DNA from: Eledone cirrhosa
Lineage: Eukaryota
Assembly: GCA_964016885.1 (NCBI GenBank)
Contig: OZ024742.1
Span: 38,502,001-38,566,000, forward strand
Length of the DNA: 64,000 nucleotides
Reading direction: 5' to 3'
Shown: positions 25,401-39,888 of the stretch, piece by piece
Layout of the letters: each line of letters begins with the position of its first letter
Numbering within the stretch: the first letter of the stretch is position 1
Position numbers and translations under genes: made by a program
The notes under the pieces: generated by a model
What the model was told of the DNA's origin: nothing
Databases searched by the model: none
What the model saw: the letters and a program-made list of their open reading frames with translations, nothing else

Positions 25401-28400
25401 CTGCCCACAACAGGACAACCCGTCTAACCCATGCTAGCGTGGAAGAACGGACGTAAAACGGTGATGATGATGATGATATATATATATATATATATATATG
25501 GCAAGTGTTTATAAAACCCTTGTGCAACTTTAAACATTAATAACTTTGGATGTGCACATGATAGAAATACTGTAAACTACTAAATATAAACATTTTATTT
25601 ATATAGTTTTGTGTATTGTGTATTCTTAAAATCTTGTTGATTAATCATAATTTATTATTATTAATTTACAAATCAGGAATGTTTTCAATGAGTTAGAATA
25701 CTGATTTAGCTTGATGTATCAAGAAAGATGGCTTTCATGTTGAATGTATGAAATAACAGTTTTAAGGTATAAACTATATAGTGTAGTGTATAAAATATAT
25801 AGTGTGGTGCATAAAATATATAGTGTGGTGCATAAACTATATAGTGTAGTATAAACTATATAGTGTAGTGTATAAACTATATAGTGTAGTGTATAAACTA
25901 TATAGTGTGGTGCATAAAATATATAGTGTGGTATATAAACTACTTAGTGTAGTATAAAATATGTAGTGTAGTGTATAAACTATTTAGTGTAGTATAAACT
26001 ATATAGTGTAGTGTATAAACTATATAGTGTAGTGTATAAACTATTTAGTGTAGTATAAACTATATAGTGTGGTGTATAAGCTGTATAGTGTAGTGTATAA
26101 ACTATATAGTGTGGTGTATAAGCTATATAGTGTGTTGTATAAACTATATAGTGTGGTGTATAAACTATATAGTGGTGCATAAAATATATAGTGTGGTGCA
26201 TAAAATATATAAATATAGCTTTTATATGCAATTGATGGTATACTTCTATCAAGTGTACATCAAATGTTATTAACAACCTATGTATATGTGTGTGTGTTCA
26301 TCATCATAAGAAAAATAAACGAAATGATAAGTTCATAGCATAAATATGTATGAAACAATCACATGATCCTATTTTGTTTTCCTTCAGTTATAATCGAAGC
26401 CCAGAAGTGTCTATGCAATATCATATATAACAGTGAAAAAGCTCAACATATATGTAGGTAAGTCTTGAATTTGAAAGAATATTTGACATTTTAAAAATAG
26501 CCTAGTCTTCACTGGTCTGAGAAATTACCAAATTGGTAACTCACACAAATAAGACCACCAAAAAATGCAGTATGGTCAGATGCAATAAAATCATTCATAC
26601 AGTATTGTCCTTCACACGGAGTAATAAAGGACGTGCTCAGGCCTTAGGTAGAGGGGCCTGTTTGAAAAATATATTGCAGTCTCCATTCAATGCCGTGAGA
26701 ACTGGCAATGAGTTTGCGACCTATCCTGGGAGGCATGGATACACAAAGGTTCCATACCCCAACGAGGGTCAAAAAGGGAACAAATCAAACATTTTAAAAA
26801 ATTTATGTAAATTGTTTTGGTTCAGTATTCTTTTTATAGTTGTTTTTTGGGGTTTTTGTTTTATGTTGGTTCGCCCTAATTCAGCAGACCTATGATCAAT
26901 GATGTTCAAACTGTTCAAAACAGGCCCATAGTTGTCATAGCAAACTAAGATGAAACTTCCCACCCCTTAAGCATGGAAATGAGTAATTAACTCCCCTATT
27001 CCTTAAGAAACGCTAACAATTTTTGTTTTCTTTTTCCAACTCAGCGGAAATTTCAGTTAACCTTTTTGCAACAATATTTAAAACAATGATATACTGCGTT
27101 TGTATTTTAGTTACTAAATATTCGAGAATTATGAGAGGTTTAGTGAAATAACTAATTTTCAACTTAACAATGATTACTAATTTAGGCACAAGACCAACAA
27201 CTTTGAGGAGGAGGAAAGTCTATTATACCAACTCCGGTACTTTATTGATCTTTATTGATACAGAAGGATGAAAGGCAAAGTTGACTTCACAATGTAGAAA
27301 ATTGCAATTAAATACTACAAAGCATTTTGTCTGACGTTCTACCAATACTGCCAATCCACCAATAATAAAAAAGATAATATTTAACTACTGAGACAGTATA
27401 GGATAAAGAGTACTCTCCAGTCTGGCCTATCATATGATAACCTTTCTAGTATTGGTGCCATGATAAAATGCACCCAGTACACCCTGTAGAATGGTAGTGC
27501 TGATGATGCAATCGATATACTCTGTAAAGGGAAATGCTGGTACCATGATAGAAATGCACACATTACACTTTGTAAAATGATTGGCATTAGGAAAGTCATC
27601 CAAGCTTAGGAACCATGCCAAATATGGAACATATGAACAAGATGTCTAGTCTTGGATCATGACATTTCCAACCCATGCCAGCATGGACAGTGGGCATGAT
27701 AGGGAGGATGATGATTAATCTGTTTCTGTGCATCTTCAAGTTTTGTTGGTGGCCACAATTAAGGAAGGCACGATGAATTCTACTCTCTTCAAATGTTTAG
27801 TTAACCCTCTTGATACTAAGCTGTTTATTTTAAAGTGTTTTTATTTATCTAAAAACCTTCCATTATAATTTTATGTAAGAACGGTGGATTGGCAGTATCG
27901 GTAGAGGGTCGGACGCCATGCTTTCCAGCATAGTTACGTCCATTTACGATCTGAGTTCAAATCCCGCCGAGGTTGACTTTGCCTTTCATCCTTACGGGGT
28001 CGATAAAATAAAGTACCAGTAATGCACTGGGTAATTGCTTGCCTTGTGCCTAAAGTAGAAAAAATTATAATTTTATGTAAGAACCTTTGTTAATTCATGC
28101 TCCAAACAGTTGATTAATAACAAAAAAGTTAGTTATATTAGTAAATCTCTTCAAATTATTGATGAGTTTGAAAATCATAGACAGTATCTTCCATTAGAAA
28201 TATGGTAACAGAAGGGTTAAATATCATATCTACCAGGCAATAAATTGTTAAGTTTTGTTTTCCTTATTTTTCAGTGTGAATGGTTGTATTGAAGGAGTTA
28301 TACAGCGAATGAAAACTTACAAAGATGCCAATCTGAAGCATGACATTAAAGTAAGTTCCAGTTAACTGATTTTTACTTTATTCATCTTGCTCTTCTTAGT

Positions 28401-31400
28401 ACTTGATCATCATCATCATCATTTTCACTTTTAATGTCCTGTGCTACATGAAACCAAATTAACTTAGCAAGACATTCTTTGAAAAGTACAGAACAGCATT
28501 ACGATTGCACTGCATTAAGATTAAATATTTTGTTTTACTGCAAATGTTCATAACAATATGTCCACTAGTAAAGATATTATAATAAACATTTGAATTAACA
28601 AACTACATGAAACCACATTAGCAAGGCATTCTTGAAAAGTACAGAGCAGCACTATCATTACATACATAAGCGAGATGAACAACCCCCTAGCCTGTCTGGG
28701 AGGTCAGTAGCTCCACTTCAGTAGTGTCTTGGTCTATGTAGACATGTCCAACATTTACTAACAAGGAAAGTGCACATTAAAACAACAACGATGATGATGA
28801 TAATGTATACAAAAACTAAACGGAAACAACACATTACAATACAGAAATATATTAGTTTAACACTTGATAAAGTTGGAAAAGAGCTTTTACGTTTTGGACA
28901 CTAGTCCTTCATCAGAAGATAGAATGAGAAATAAAAGATGAAATAGAAAGATAGAGAGTAAGAAGAGGAAGGAATAGAAAAAAAATTGAGAAAAAAACAC
29001 GTGTATATTCAGTCAGCCATCTTAGAGAAAAAAATATATATTTGTATGTGTATGTATTGAAAATAATCTGTGTTGTTAACCACCATCAGCTATAAGTTTT
29101 CCTTCTTTTGTTGAACCCAAGATGGCATGAATGTTAAAATATTGATCGATCTATCTATTTTCAGTATTTTGATATGAGGCTGTTGTTTTTGCTGAGTGCA
29201 TTAGTTTCTGACAACAGGTAAATATCATTTTTTCCAAAGTATTATTTTTTATCTTAATTTTGTTTCCGGTCTATCTAGTTTAGAATAGGTGCACCATATT
29301 CCTATATATCATAAAAAATGACTAACAGGACTGACACCTTCTCTGTTTGTATCTGGTTTAGATTAGGTACACCATATTCTTGTATGTTGTAAGAGCCGAC
29401 TATAAGGGTTGGCACCTTCTCTGTGTGTGTCTTGTTTAGAATAGGTTGACTGTATCCCTGTATATCATAATAGGCAACCGAAAGGGTTGGTGCCAGAAAG
29501 GGCATCTGATTGTAAAACATCAATTCAAAAAGCATATTATGACAAGAAGCCTGTCATGAGGCCTGCCTGGCTAACCCCTTTAGCAGGAAAAAATAGCCTT
29601 AAAATGCTTGCTGCTTCAATCATGACCCCCAATAGGTCGTTATGAACAGCATACCTTTCATGTTTTGAGAAGACCAACATTACAAACAAGGAACATAATG
29701 AGCCCATGTGGAAGCACCAACTGTTAGAAATAGTAACCAAATCTCTCTCTTATGTGACACCTTACTGTCTCAAAACAAAACAAAAAAAGGTAACATAAAG
29801 ATGAGAACTGCTTTTGTATCTGATCTGACTTTTGTTTTTGTTTTTTGTTTATTACAACAGACAGAAAATCCACTTTGAGCTTCATGGCTTTAGTTACCTG
29901 ATGGAAATCATCGATCTTCTACTTCATGATGCTGAAGAGCGCCAGACTGGTCTCACAGACCAAGAAGTTGATCTTTGTTGTGAAGTACTCAAGATTCTCT
30001 TCAACCTTACCATGTCTCTTAAGATGAAATCATTGGATGAGGTAAAGTTACTATTTCTTCACTAAAATAGTGATGGTGATGAGGAAAATATAATTGCTTT
30101 AACCCTTTCGTAACCACATTTCTTATAAAATACAGTTTTAATTAAATAATAAAGAATTTTGAGAGGTTTATTAAAATTATTAATTATTTCATTACTAAGA
30201 TAGTAACTTAACATATGGTTCTTATATAAAATTATGTTGGGAGATTTTAATTTAAATAGGAACCCTTTAAAGTTGTTGGTTTTGTTTTATAGAACTAAAG
30301 CTTGCCTTGGTCAGGTTGGGATCAAAAGGGTTAACTTTCTATTGTATTGTCTTCAACTTCAGTATGTTAAAGCAACTTTTTACCAAGTGATATTGTTATC
30401 ACAATTACTCTCGTCAAATCACCAAAATTATCATTAGTAACATCAACATCATCTTATCACCATATTTATCCCTGTCTGCTCATGGCTACATGGGTACCTA
30501 AAATGCTTAGTGAAAGTATGGTAAATACTACTAAGTTATACTTAATTACAAGTGGTGGCTGTAGTAGCAGTTTTATGTAACTATGATGTACTCTTGTGAT
30601 TGTAATTTGGTTTGTTATTTTGCTTTGCTAGGAGGAAGATGGACACCTGATGCGTCTAATCAGTGTGTTGAGAGAGCTCTTGCTATGTAAGACACAATCA
30701 AATGTCCGTAAAGAAGAACTTGTCAGGTAAGTAAAATATTTACTTCCTTCCTGCTGCTAGTGCTATGATAACATGATACAGTAACTCTGTAAGGGAGTGA
30801 GTATTGGAAAAGACATTCAGCCATAGAAATCATTCCAAGCAAATGGTAAAGAAGACTTTTTAGTTGTGCCAAGAACACAACAATCTCGTTCATGCTGGTA
30901 CCATGATAAAATGCACTCTGTACACTGGTATTGTTGATGCCATGATAAAAGGCACCTAGTCAACTTTGTAAAGTGATAATGCTGGTTCCATGGTAGGAGA
31001 CACTCAAGTCTATTCTGTAAAGTGGTTGACATTTGGAAGGAGATGCAGCCATAGAAACCATGTCAAACAAAGGGTTGAGAGGACTCTTCAGGTGTGTCAA
31101 GGACACTGCAATCTCCCTATTGTTGGCACCACGATAAAATGCACCTAGTACAATCTGTAAAGTGGTAGTGCTGGTGCCACAATAAAGGGCACCCAGTTGA
31201 CTTTGTAAAGTGTTAGTGCTGGTTAATTCTATCCAAGTTTACAATTTCTCCCATTTCATCCTTCAAGCAGTTCAACCTTGTCATATTACACCTCTCTTGT
31301 TCTCTCTCTCTCTCTCTCTCTTGCAATTCTAAACACCTGTCTCTCTAACCCTAGAGTTTAGTCATTCTCTAAATATTCTTCTATGTACCTCTTATACTCT

Positions 31401-34400
31401 TGCAACTTCTTTTGTTGCAGTCCTCTTGGCTGCCTTGTAATGCTGAAGAGCTACCTTTTATGCTATTACACTCCTTGTTCTCTGCCATTCTCTGAATCTT
31501 CCCCTTTTCTCATCAATCCCCTTTCCAACTTCTTCATCCTACCATATTTCCAAGTGTCCTGTTGGTCTTTTTGTCCATCTACACACATTACCAACAGTTC
31601 CTAACATACCATCTTTCAAAGACTTCCAAGTACTCTTAAATTCATTTGTGTCAGCTTCTAATATACTCAGTTTCTCTCTTAGAACCTCTTCCCTTACTGT
31701 TGCTTCTATTAACCTCTACACCTTTAGCCTTAATTGATATTTCTTCCATTGAGCTCTCCTCCTACTCTTCACCCTCAAGTCACAGACAACTGGATGGTGC
31801 TGTGTATCAACCTTCTTCCTTGGGGTTATCTTTGTATCATGAAGGTTCCTCCTATCTTGCCCTTATACTATCAGGTAGTCAACAGTTGACAACAACCTGC
31901 CCAATGTATACGTAATGAGTTTCCTGTCTGCTTTCTGGAATTTGGTGTTAGAAATTGACATTTCAGCTCCATCAGCAAACTGCAAAATGCTTTCACCCTC
32001 TTCATTCTTCACACCATAGCCATAGCTCCCACTGGTTCCTTCAAAACCATCCATACTTCACATGTGTTCATTCAAATCCCTTCATGATAATTTCCTCATC
32101 TTTCATGTTTTCAATCCATTGGTTTTGACAACCTGTACTCCAGTTGTTTAATCAATGAAATAGCCTGTTCATGTAATTGACATGCAAGTGGCTGAGCAGT
32201 CCAGACACATATGACTTTAACATAGTTCTCAGGAAGATTCAGCATGATACATTGTGTGACAAGTTTAGCCCTTTGAATTATTGATACAAGTCCTTTTCTC
32301 TAACTGAGTGGATTGTAGGAAACTGAAATAAACTGTCTTGCTCTGGGACACAAAATGCCACTTGAATCAAGCTCCTAACCTTACAATCATGAACCGAACA
32401 CCCTTAACTGCTAAGCCATGCACCTTTACAGTGACAACCTGTCAACAACTGACATAGAATATATTTAGAGTTTTTTTAAAAATTAATTTATTTATTTCAA
32501 TTTTCTAGTCACACGGTAAATTTGTTAACCAACGTACCTGCCACCAGCTATGAACAACTGCTTACACCACTGACTGAAAGTGATGTTGATTCTGTACCTA
32601 AAGACAATGAGACTGAAGGTAAAAATATGGAGAGCATTGTAGTTCTGCTAAATTTCCTGCATCAGCGATTAAGGAAAGTTTCATTGGAACAAGACAAGAA
32701 TATCCCAGATATTGTACAGCCTGCGCCTAACAGCACAGAAACCAAACTTCATTCAAAGGTAATGAATGCCAGTTGACTGTTTTTTAAACTATGTAATAAT
32801 ACAGGCATAGCTTTTTAGTTAAGTAGCTCACTTTACAACCACTTGGTTCTGAGTTCAGTCCCTGTGAATCACACTTTGGACAAGTGTCTTCTACTATAGC
32901 CTCCGGTTCACCAATGTCTTGGTGGGCAGAAATAGCAGAAGCCTGTTGTGTGTGTGTGTAAGAAAAAGAGCTTTATATATAAACAGTTAATTTATTATGA
33001 TTCATACATACGAAAATTCATTGTGCAACCAAAGGTTTCATGGTCTGACAATCTTGCATAGCAGCAACCAATGGTTGCCAGCCCTATCATCAGGTGAAAT
33101 GTAATACATTTTGCCTGATGAGAAGGCTAGGAACATTGCTTGGACTTAACCCTTTAACATTTAAACCAGTTGTATCCGGCCAGAACTCTCACTTCTTTCT
33201 GTTCAAACTGGTTGTAACCGACTGCTCATACCTACATTAAGGTATTGTTCTCAAAATAAATAACATGAAAATCTTGTATATTCGATATTATGTGAGATAA
33301 TTATGTAAGATCAAGTACTACCTGATCAGTAACAACCCATCCACTCCATGCCAACATAGAAAAATAGTCATTAAATGATAATGATGTTGATGATGATTAA
33401 TCATTTTAAGCTAAACATAAACTGCAGTGACCCTACTAAGCAGACTAAGAGAGTCTGCAAAGCCTGGAGGCACATATCTTGGGGTGGGGTGTTAAATAAT
33501 AAAATATTTTTTAAAAAGTATTCTAACAAAGTGTTGTAGTTTGTTTGAAGCATTGTCGAATAAGAAATACAAATATAACTATAATATAACTATACAAATA
33601 TAAGTTTAATTATTTGGAAGCCTGACAATGCGTGTGAGATTATAAGTGCCAAGGTAATAGGAAATAGAAAAAATAGGACAAAAGAACTGAGAAAAGAGTG
33701 AAAATAGTAGAATTTTACCTTAGCTTAAATGTATTCTAACATTTTTACTCAGCTTGAATACTAAATTTTTCTGTTTATTGGTTTCAGCCATCAAGTAGTC
33801 TATCTGACAACTTGACCCCCATATTGCACTGTTTATGTGAAGCCAGTCGTAATAACAGATCAATCAGAAAGTTCTGTCGTCTTAAGGTAACAACATTTAT
33901 TTTCATATGTACACTTCATTCACAATTATTTCAGTAACAACAAATAACATCAATTGGGAAATATAAGTGCATTTATTTTAAAATCATTTTTGAAGTAAAA
34001 ATATGTTCAAATTGACATGGTTAGAATTATCAGTTCATCAGAAATGAAGAATTGGCCATAGATCCACAAAAACCAGTTGATATGGAAAGAACATTCCCCA
34101 TAGAGATGATAAATTAGACTATTATAGTTACATTTATAAAAGTACGTAGAGATGTAAATATTATCAATATGAGCAAGGCATGGTCAGCCGACCAGCTACT
34201 GCCCACAACAGGACAACCCGTCTAAGCCATGCTAGCGTGGAAGAACGGACATAAAACGGTGATGATGATATTATATGAAACAATACAGAACGCTAAAGCA
34301 AGAGATAAAATATTTGAATTTTGAATAATATTTGGACATATAAACAAACATATAAATATGAGTATAGATCAAAATATTAATTAAAACACACACACATATA

Positions 34401-37400
34401 TATATATTCATACACATACAACTATAAATACATACAAAGCACTAGTTAGAGGGTGACCTGGTGGTGAAACAGCACAATGGATAGAGCTATTAAAATCAAG
34501 AGACAGGTATGGAAAGACTGGAAAAACCCTTGCTGGAGAATGGACATTAAATGGTGATGATCATCATGCATTTCCTATATTTTGGAAGTTTGTCTAAACT
34601 TTCTGTACTTTTGTCTCTCCAGGTCTTGCCACCAATGCGGGATGAAGTCCGAAATCTACCCGAAGAAGGAGACACATTAAGAAACAGGTTTAATTACTTT
34701 TAATTTGTTGTCTCGTCCTCCTTTTCATCATATTTTTATTTAAAGTTCTCATGCTTTACATGTTTCTTAAAATCTTTAAAGTATTTGCAGTAACTCATTC
34801 AATATATATATATATATATATATATATTACTATCAAAAATATAGATGTCATGTCTGAGAAAATCTCAAACATGTGCCTGTAGAAGCTCAAAGAATAAATC
34901 TGAGCATTTATTATAAAATTAAAAGATTGATTGACATATATATAAATAAATAAATATATTAAACCATAACAGGAGATAATTTGTAAAGAATGTAAGACCA
35001 CATATTTACAAAAGGCAACATATTAAATTTTAACAAAAACTTCAAATATAGATACCTGGCAATAATTATTTATACTGCTTCGTACATATTCCATTACTGC
35101 TTTTGAAATATGTTTCACCCAGTTTTAGACATCAGTGAGTCAGTCTTAGACATCAGTGAGTCAGTCGTAGACATCAGTGAGTCAGTCTTAGACATCAGGG
35201 TGAGAGTCTTCAACATCAGTGAGCCAATCGTAGTAACAAATCAGTTATCTAATCCAATGGCTTCATTACAATTGAGTGAGCAACAAACATGTTGCATCTG
35301 TAGATCAGGGTAAAATGGAGAGTTGGAATGCTTGCCTAATTTTATAGTGACTTATTTCAAGATAAATAATGTGCCTTGCTTAAAAACAATGAAATGCCTG
35401 TGGTAGGGCTTTTAATCATGTATTTTGGCTCATTGGAACAACACCTTAGATCTGCCTGTAGTATGTTTATTTTGGCATATATATAGAAATGGAGGAATGG
35501 TTAGTTAATGTAATGATGACAATATATGAGAGAGTACACACAGTTGTAAGGATGAAAGACAGGAACAGATATGAGTTTGAGGTGATGGTTGGAGTGCATC
35601 AGAGATTGTTATTAGGTTCACTATATTTGTAGCTGTGATGTTGGTACTGGCTTGAAGTGTAATGAAAGGCTTACTATGAGAGCTTCTGTATGCAGATGAT
35701 CTGGTGTTGATATCTATTTTCATATATATTTCATAAATTTTAATGTCTCTTTTCTTTTACAGATTGTGCCATCTCCTAACATCTCTAAGTCCAAGTATAA
35801 AACATTTGGTGCCTGATTTTCTGTTTACACTGTGTAAAGAAAATGGTAAGTTACTGCCTAAAGTTATCGACTTCAGTTGAGAGCTTTGCTTTATATTTAA
35901 TATGTAACATATAAGAAAGATCACATCTGTCTCACTTGTCCTGTCTAATCAAAGCTAGCATGGAAGACAGACATAAAACGAAGACAATGATGATGACATA
36001 AATCAAATAGCTTTGATTGTTATAACTATTTTATTATATTTATCATCAGATGGTCGTTTTGATTCCATGATAAAAAGCATCTAGTCCATAATGTAATGTG
36101 GTTGGCATTAGGAATGACATCCAACTATAGAAACCAAGCCAGAAACAGTTCCGTATGAGCAAAATATGGTCATCTGGCCAGGCTCCCAGGCTTGACTCAT
36201 AACATGACAACCCATCTAACCCATGTAAGCATGGAAAATAGATGTTAAACAGTGATGATGATGATGATGGTAATGATAATGATATCATCATTTCACACTT
36301 ACTTTCTGTGCTAGCATGAGTTCAATGGGTCATCATGATTTGAGACTAGATGAATTGGAAAATCACATTTCACTCATGTTAGATATTTTAAATGGTTTCT
36401 AAGGTCAGATGTCATCCCTAATACTAACTTCTTTACAGAGTGTACTGAATGCATTTTATAGTGGCATTAGCACTTAATAGATTATGTCCTCACCAGGACT
36501 AAAGGGTCTTCTCAGCCTGACATTATCACTATTCAATTGCTATAAAAGGAAATAATTTGTTGAATTTGTTTTTTGTGCATTCAGTTTAGAACAGGCACAC
36601 ACTATTCTTGCATGTAGGTGACTAAAAGGGTTGACACCAGGAAGCTGTATAAGATTGCTTCAAAAAAGTCCCCATGATCAATATGAAGTCTGTCATATTG
36701 ATGCCTCACCATAAGGCTAAGTGCTGCTTTGTTATTCTTTTTTGTTTGCTTGTTTTTCCACTAATTCCATTTTTTTCCTTTTTCAGTTGACCGTATGATA
36801 AAGTACACTGGTTATGGAAACTGTGCTGGACTGCTTGCTGAGCGTGGCCTACTGTTGGGTGGCCGTGGAAAAATGGCTAGTTATTCAAGTGAATCTGAAG
36901 ATTCTGAAACTGAAGAATATTCACAGTTAAAACCAATGTAGATATTTGTTTCTATTTGTGTTTTCTTTTTTTACATTCCTCTATTAATAAAATGTTTAGG
37001 TACTTTGTATTTTACTGTAGATGGTTGATTTTACAAAGTCATTAAAATGTTGGATAAAATGTTTTGCAACAATCATTCCAACTCTCTGCACTTGGTGTTC
37101 AAATCTCGCCAAGGTCAACTTTGCCTTTCATCTTTTCAAAGTCGATAAAAAAAGTACCAGTCCAATGCTGGAGTCGATTCTTTGTCTATCTCTTTTTCTC
37201 ACTTTCTCTCTATCACCTTCTCTTTCTCCTTCACTGTAACAAATCGACTGTGTTCAGACATGGAGAGCAGATGGGCTCTCCCAGGTTTAATATGTCCAAG
37301 AAACACCATATGTCATGATGGCATCCATTCAACTCCACCAGGACTTACATATCCATACATATTCTACTGTAGCAAATAGTTGAATGAATGCTGGTTTCTG

Positions 37401-39855
37401 TACATTTATGTGAAGGCACTTGGCTGAGTGGTTAGAGAATTGGATTCATAATCGTGAGGTTGTGAGTTTGATTCCCGGACTGGCAAGACACTTTATTTCA
37501 TGTTGCTCCTTCTACCTGGAGTTGCGACCATCATCATCATCATCATTTTACGTATTAGCAATTGGAAAGACCAATGGAAACATTGTTTCCTCAGTCCAAT
37601 TTGACGAAAGTCGATCGACTGACTATTCACACATACATGTACACATGCATGCACACACACACATATATGCCACAATAATAATTACAATCTCCCTACTGCT
37701 GGTGCCATAATAAAATGCACTCAGTTCACTCAGTAAATTGATTGGTGTTAGGAAGGGCATCCAGCCATAGTAATTAGGCCAAAATGGTAGAGAAGGTCCT
37801 TTAATCACATCAAGGACATGATAATCGCTGGTGCCATAATAAAATACACCCAGTACACTATGTAAAATGACCGGAGTTAGGAAGGGCATTCGGCTGTGAG
37901 AACCTTGCCAAAGGGGAATGTATCTTAGCAAAATGTGGTCTCCCAATCTGCCAAAGAGGAAAATTAATAATTTAGTACTGACTTGGTCTGTAATGACCTA
38001 TCCAACTCATTATTGCATGGAAAAATCAAGTGTAAAATGATGATGATAAATAATAAATTTCCACTTGGGCTCTTTTATATATATGATAACATGTACATAA
38101 AGGTTACAACACATGAATGAGCTGACAAAGTAAAGTTTTATAAAAAGAAGGGGAGGGGCATACAGTATATATATATTGAAGACTTTATATAAATACATAC
38201 ATGGAATAATGAGATAAATATATGAATAATTACAAATAAGTGCAATGTACCCCCCACATGGGGAAGAAGATACCACCTAGGTTGGTTCAGAGTACTTCCA
38301 CTTCTCATACTTGAACCTCATTCATCAAAAAGCAGCCATAAATATTTACTGGTCAGTTGAGCCATGAAAGGCTCCATACTTTCTGAACAATAGTTTCTCA
38401 CACCATAATCATTTTAGGGGTCAGTTGAGACATGAAGTGTCCCACCCTCTGAATAATAGTTTCTCCTATGTCCATAGACCACCAGTGTTATCTTTAGCAA
38501 AAGTTTATCTTCTGCGAGCTCATTACATTAGTATTTCAACTCACAACCCATCATTATATTATGGATTGGCAGTATCTGTAGAGGGTTGGACGCCATGCTT
38601 TGACGTATAGAGTTACGGCCCTTGCCATTCTGAGTTCAAATCCCGCCAAGGTTAACTTTGCCTTTCATCCTTACAGGGTCAGTAAAATAAAGTACCAGTA
38701 ATGCACTGGGTAATTGCTGGCCTTGTGCCAAACATAGAAACAATTATATTAATTGAATCATTCTCCCACAGATGATGTGCCAAAGACAACTCTATTGTTT
38801 TGGCTCAACATTTGATCCTAGTTCACACTACCTTACAAAATTAAGTGTTAGTTTAGACTAAGGATGAGGTGTTGAGCCAAAACAGCTTGGGAAACCCTGA
38901 TATAATACATGATCAAAATTCTTTTATTCTTTTAGGGTTAATCCAGTGACTGGTCGTTGGGAAGAAGAGCGACCTAAACCTATGGATAGCATGAGTGAGG
39001 AACAGAAAGAATATGAAGCTATGAAAGCAGTTGAACTAATTCATCAGTTACATGAGTAAGTAACGGCATACGTTAAGACGGGCGTTCGTGAAAGTGAAAG
39101 TAAATTTTTTGACAAGTGAATTTGTTGTTTTTTTTTTTACAGTGAAAGTTACGATACACACGCAATTGTATGGATTTCTTAAAATATATATATGTGTGTA
39201 CACTGTGAATTTGTTTGTTTATTTACAACAGGTCTCTATAGTGATATGGTGTTAATTAGTATTGCGTGTGTGATTATTTTTTCTTTTTCTTTTTTTGTGT
39301 ATTGTGTACAGAAAATTGTTTTTTTAAATAATGACATTGTGTGTTTTTAAATAGCAAGATATTACAAAAACATCTAAACGATGATGATGACACAAACACA
39401 TATATATATACAAACACACATATATATATATATACATACAGACACACATATATATACACACCCACACATATATATATATATATAAGAAAAAATAATCACA
39501 CNNNNNNNNNNNNNNNNNNNNNNNNNNNNNNNNNNNNNNNNNNNNNNNNNNNNNNNNNNNNNNNNNNNNNNNNNNNNNNNNNNNNNNNNNNNNNNNNNNN
39601 NNNNNNNNNNNNNNNNNNNNNNNNNNNNNNNNNNNNNNNNNNNNNNNNNNNNNNNNNNNNNNNNNNNNNNNNNNNNNNNNNNNNNNNNNNNNNNNNNNNN
39701 NAATTATAAATATAATATATTATTAAATTAAAATAAAAATTTATATAAACACTTTAATTGTATCTCTCTCTGTCTAACGGCCTATCTTCTCTCTTTTCCC
39801 CCCCCCCCCTCTGTTTTTCTGTCTCTCTCTGTAGATGTGTGTGTAGTTTTCCTAA

Positions 39856-39888
<33 letters not shown>

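Noticed and set aside
25765-26276. Repeat array or YTPHYIV ORF as a CRISPR array or a gene
   Set aside because: Head-to-tail minisatellite without unique spacers, in a eukaryotic intron.
27883-28063. tRNA gene
   Set aside because: The A/B boxes belong to a SINE head; there is no cloverleaf, and a TSD and multiple copies are present.
34030-34050. TCATCAG (minus-strand CTGATGA) as a hammerhead; also 36044
   Set aside because: No correctly placed GAAA, stem III or stem I partner was found.
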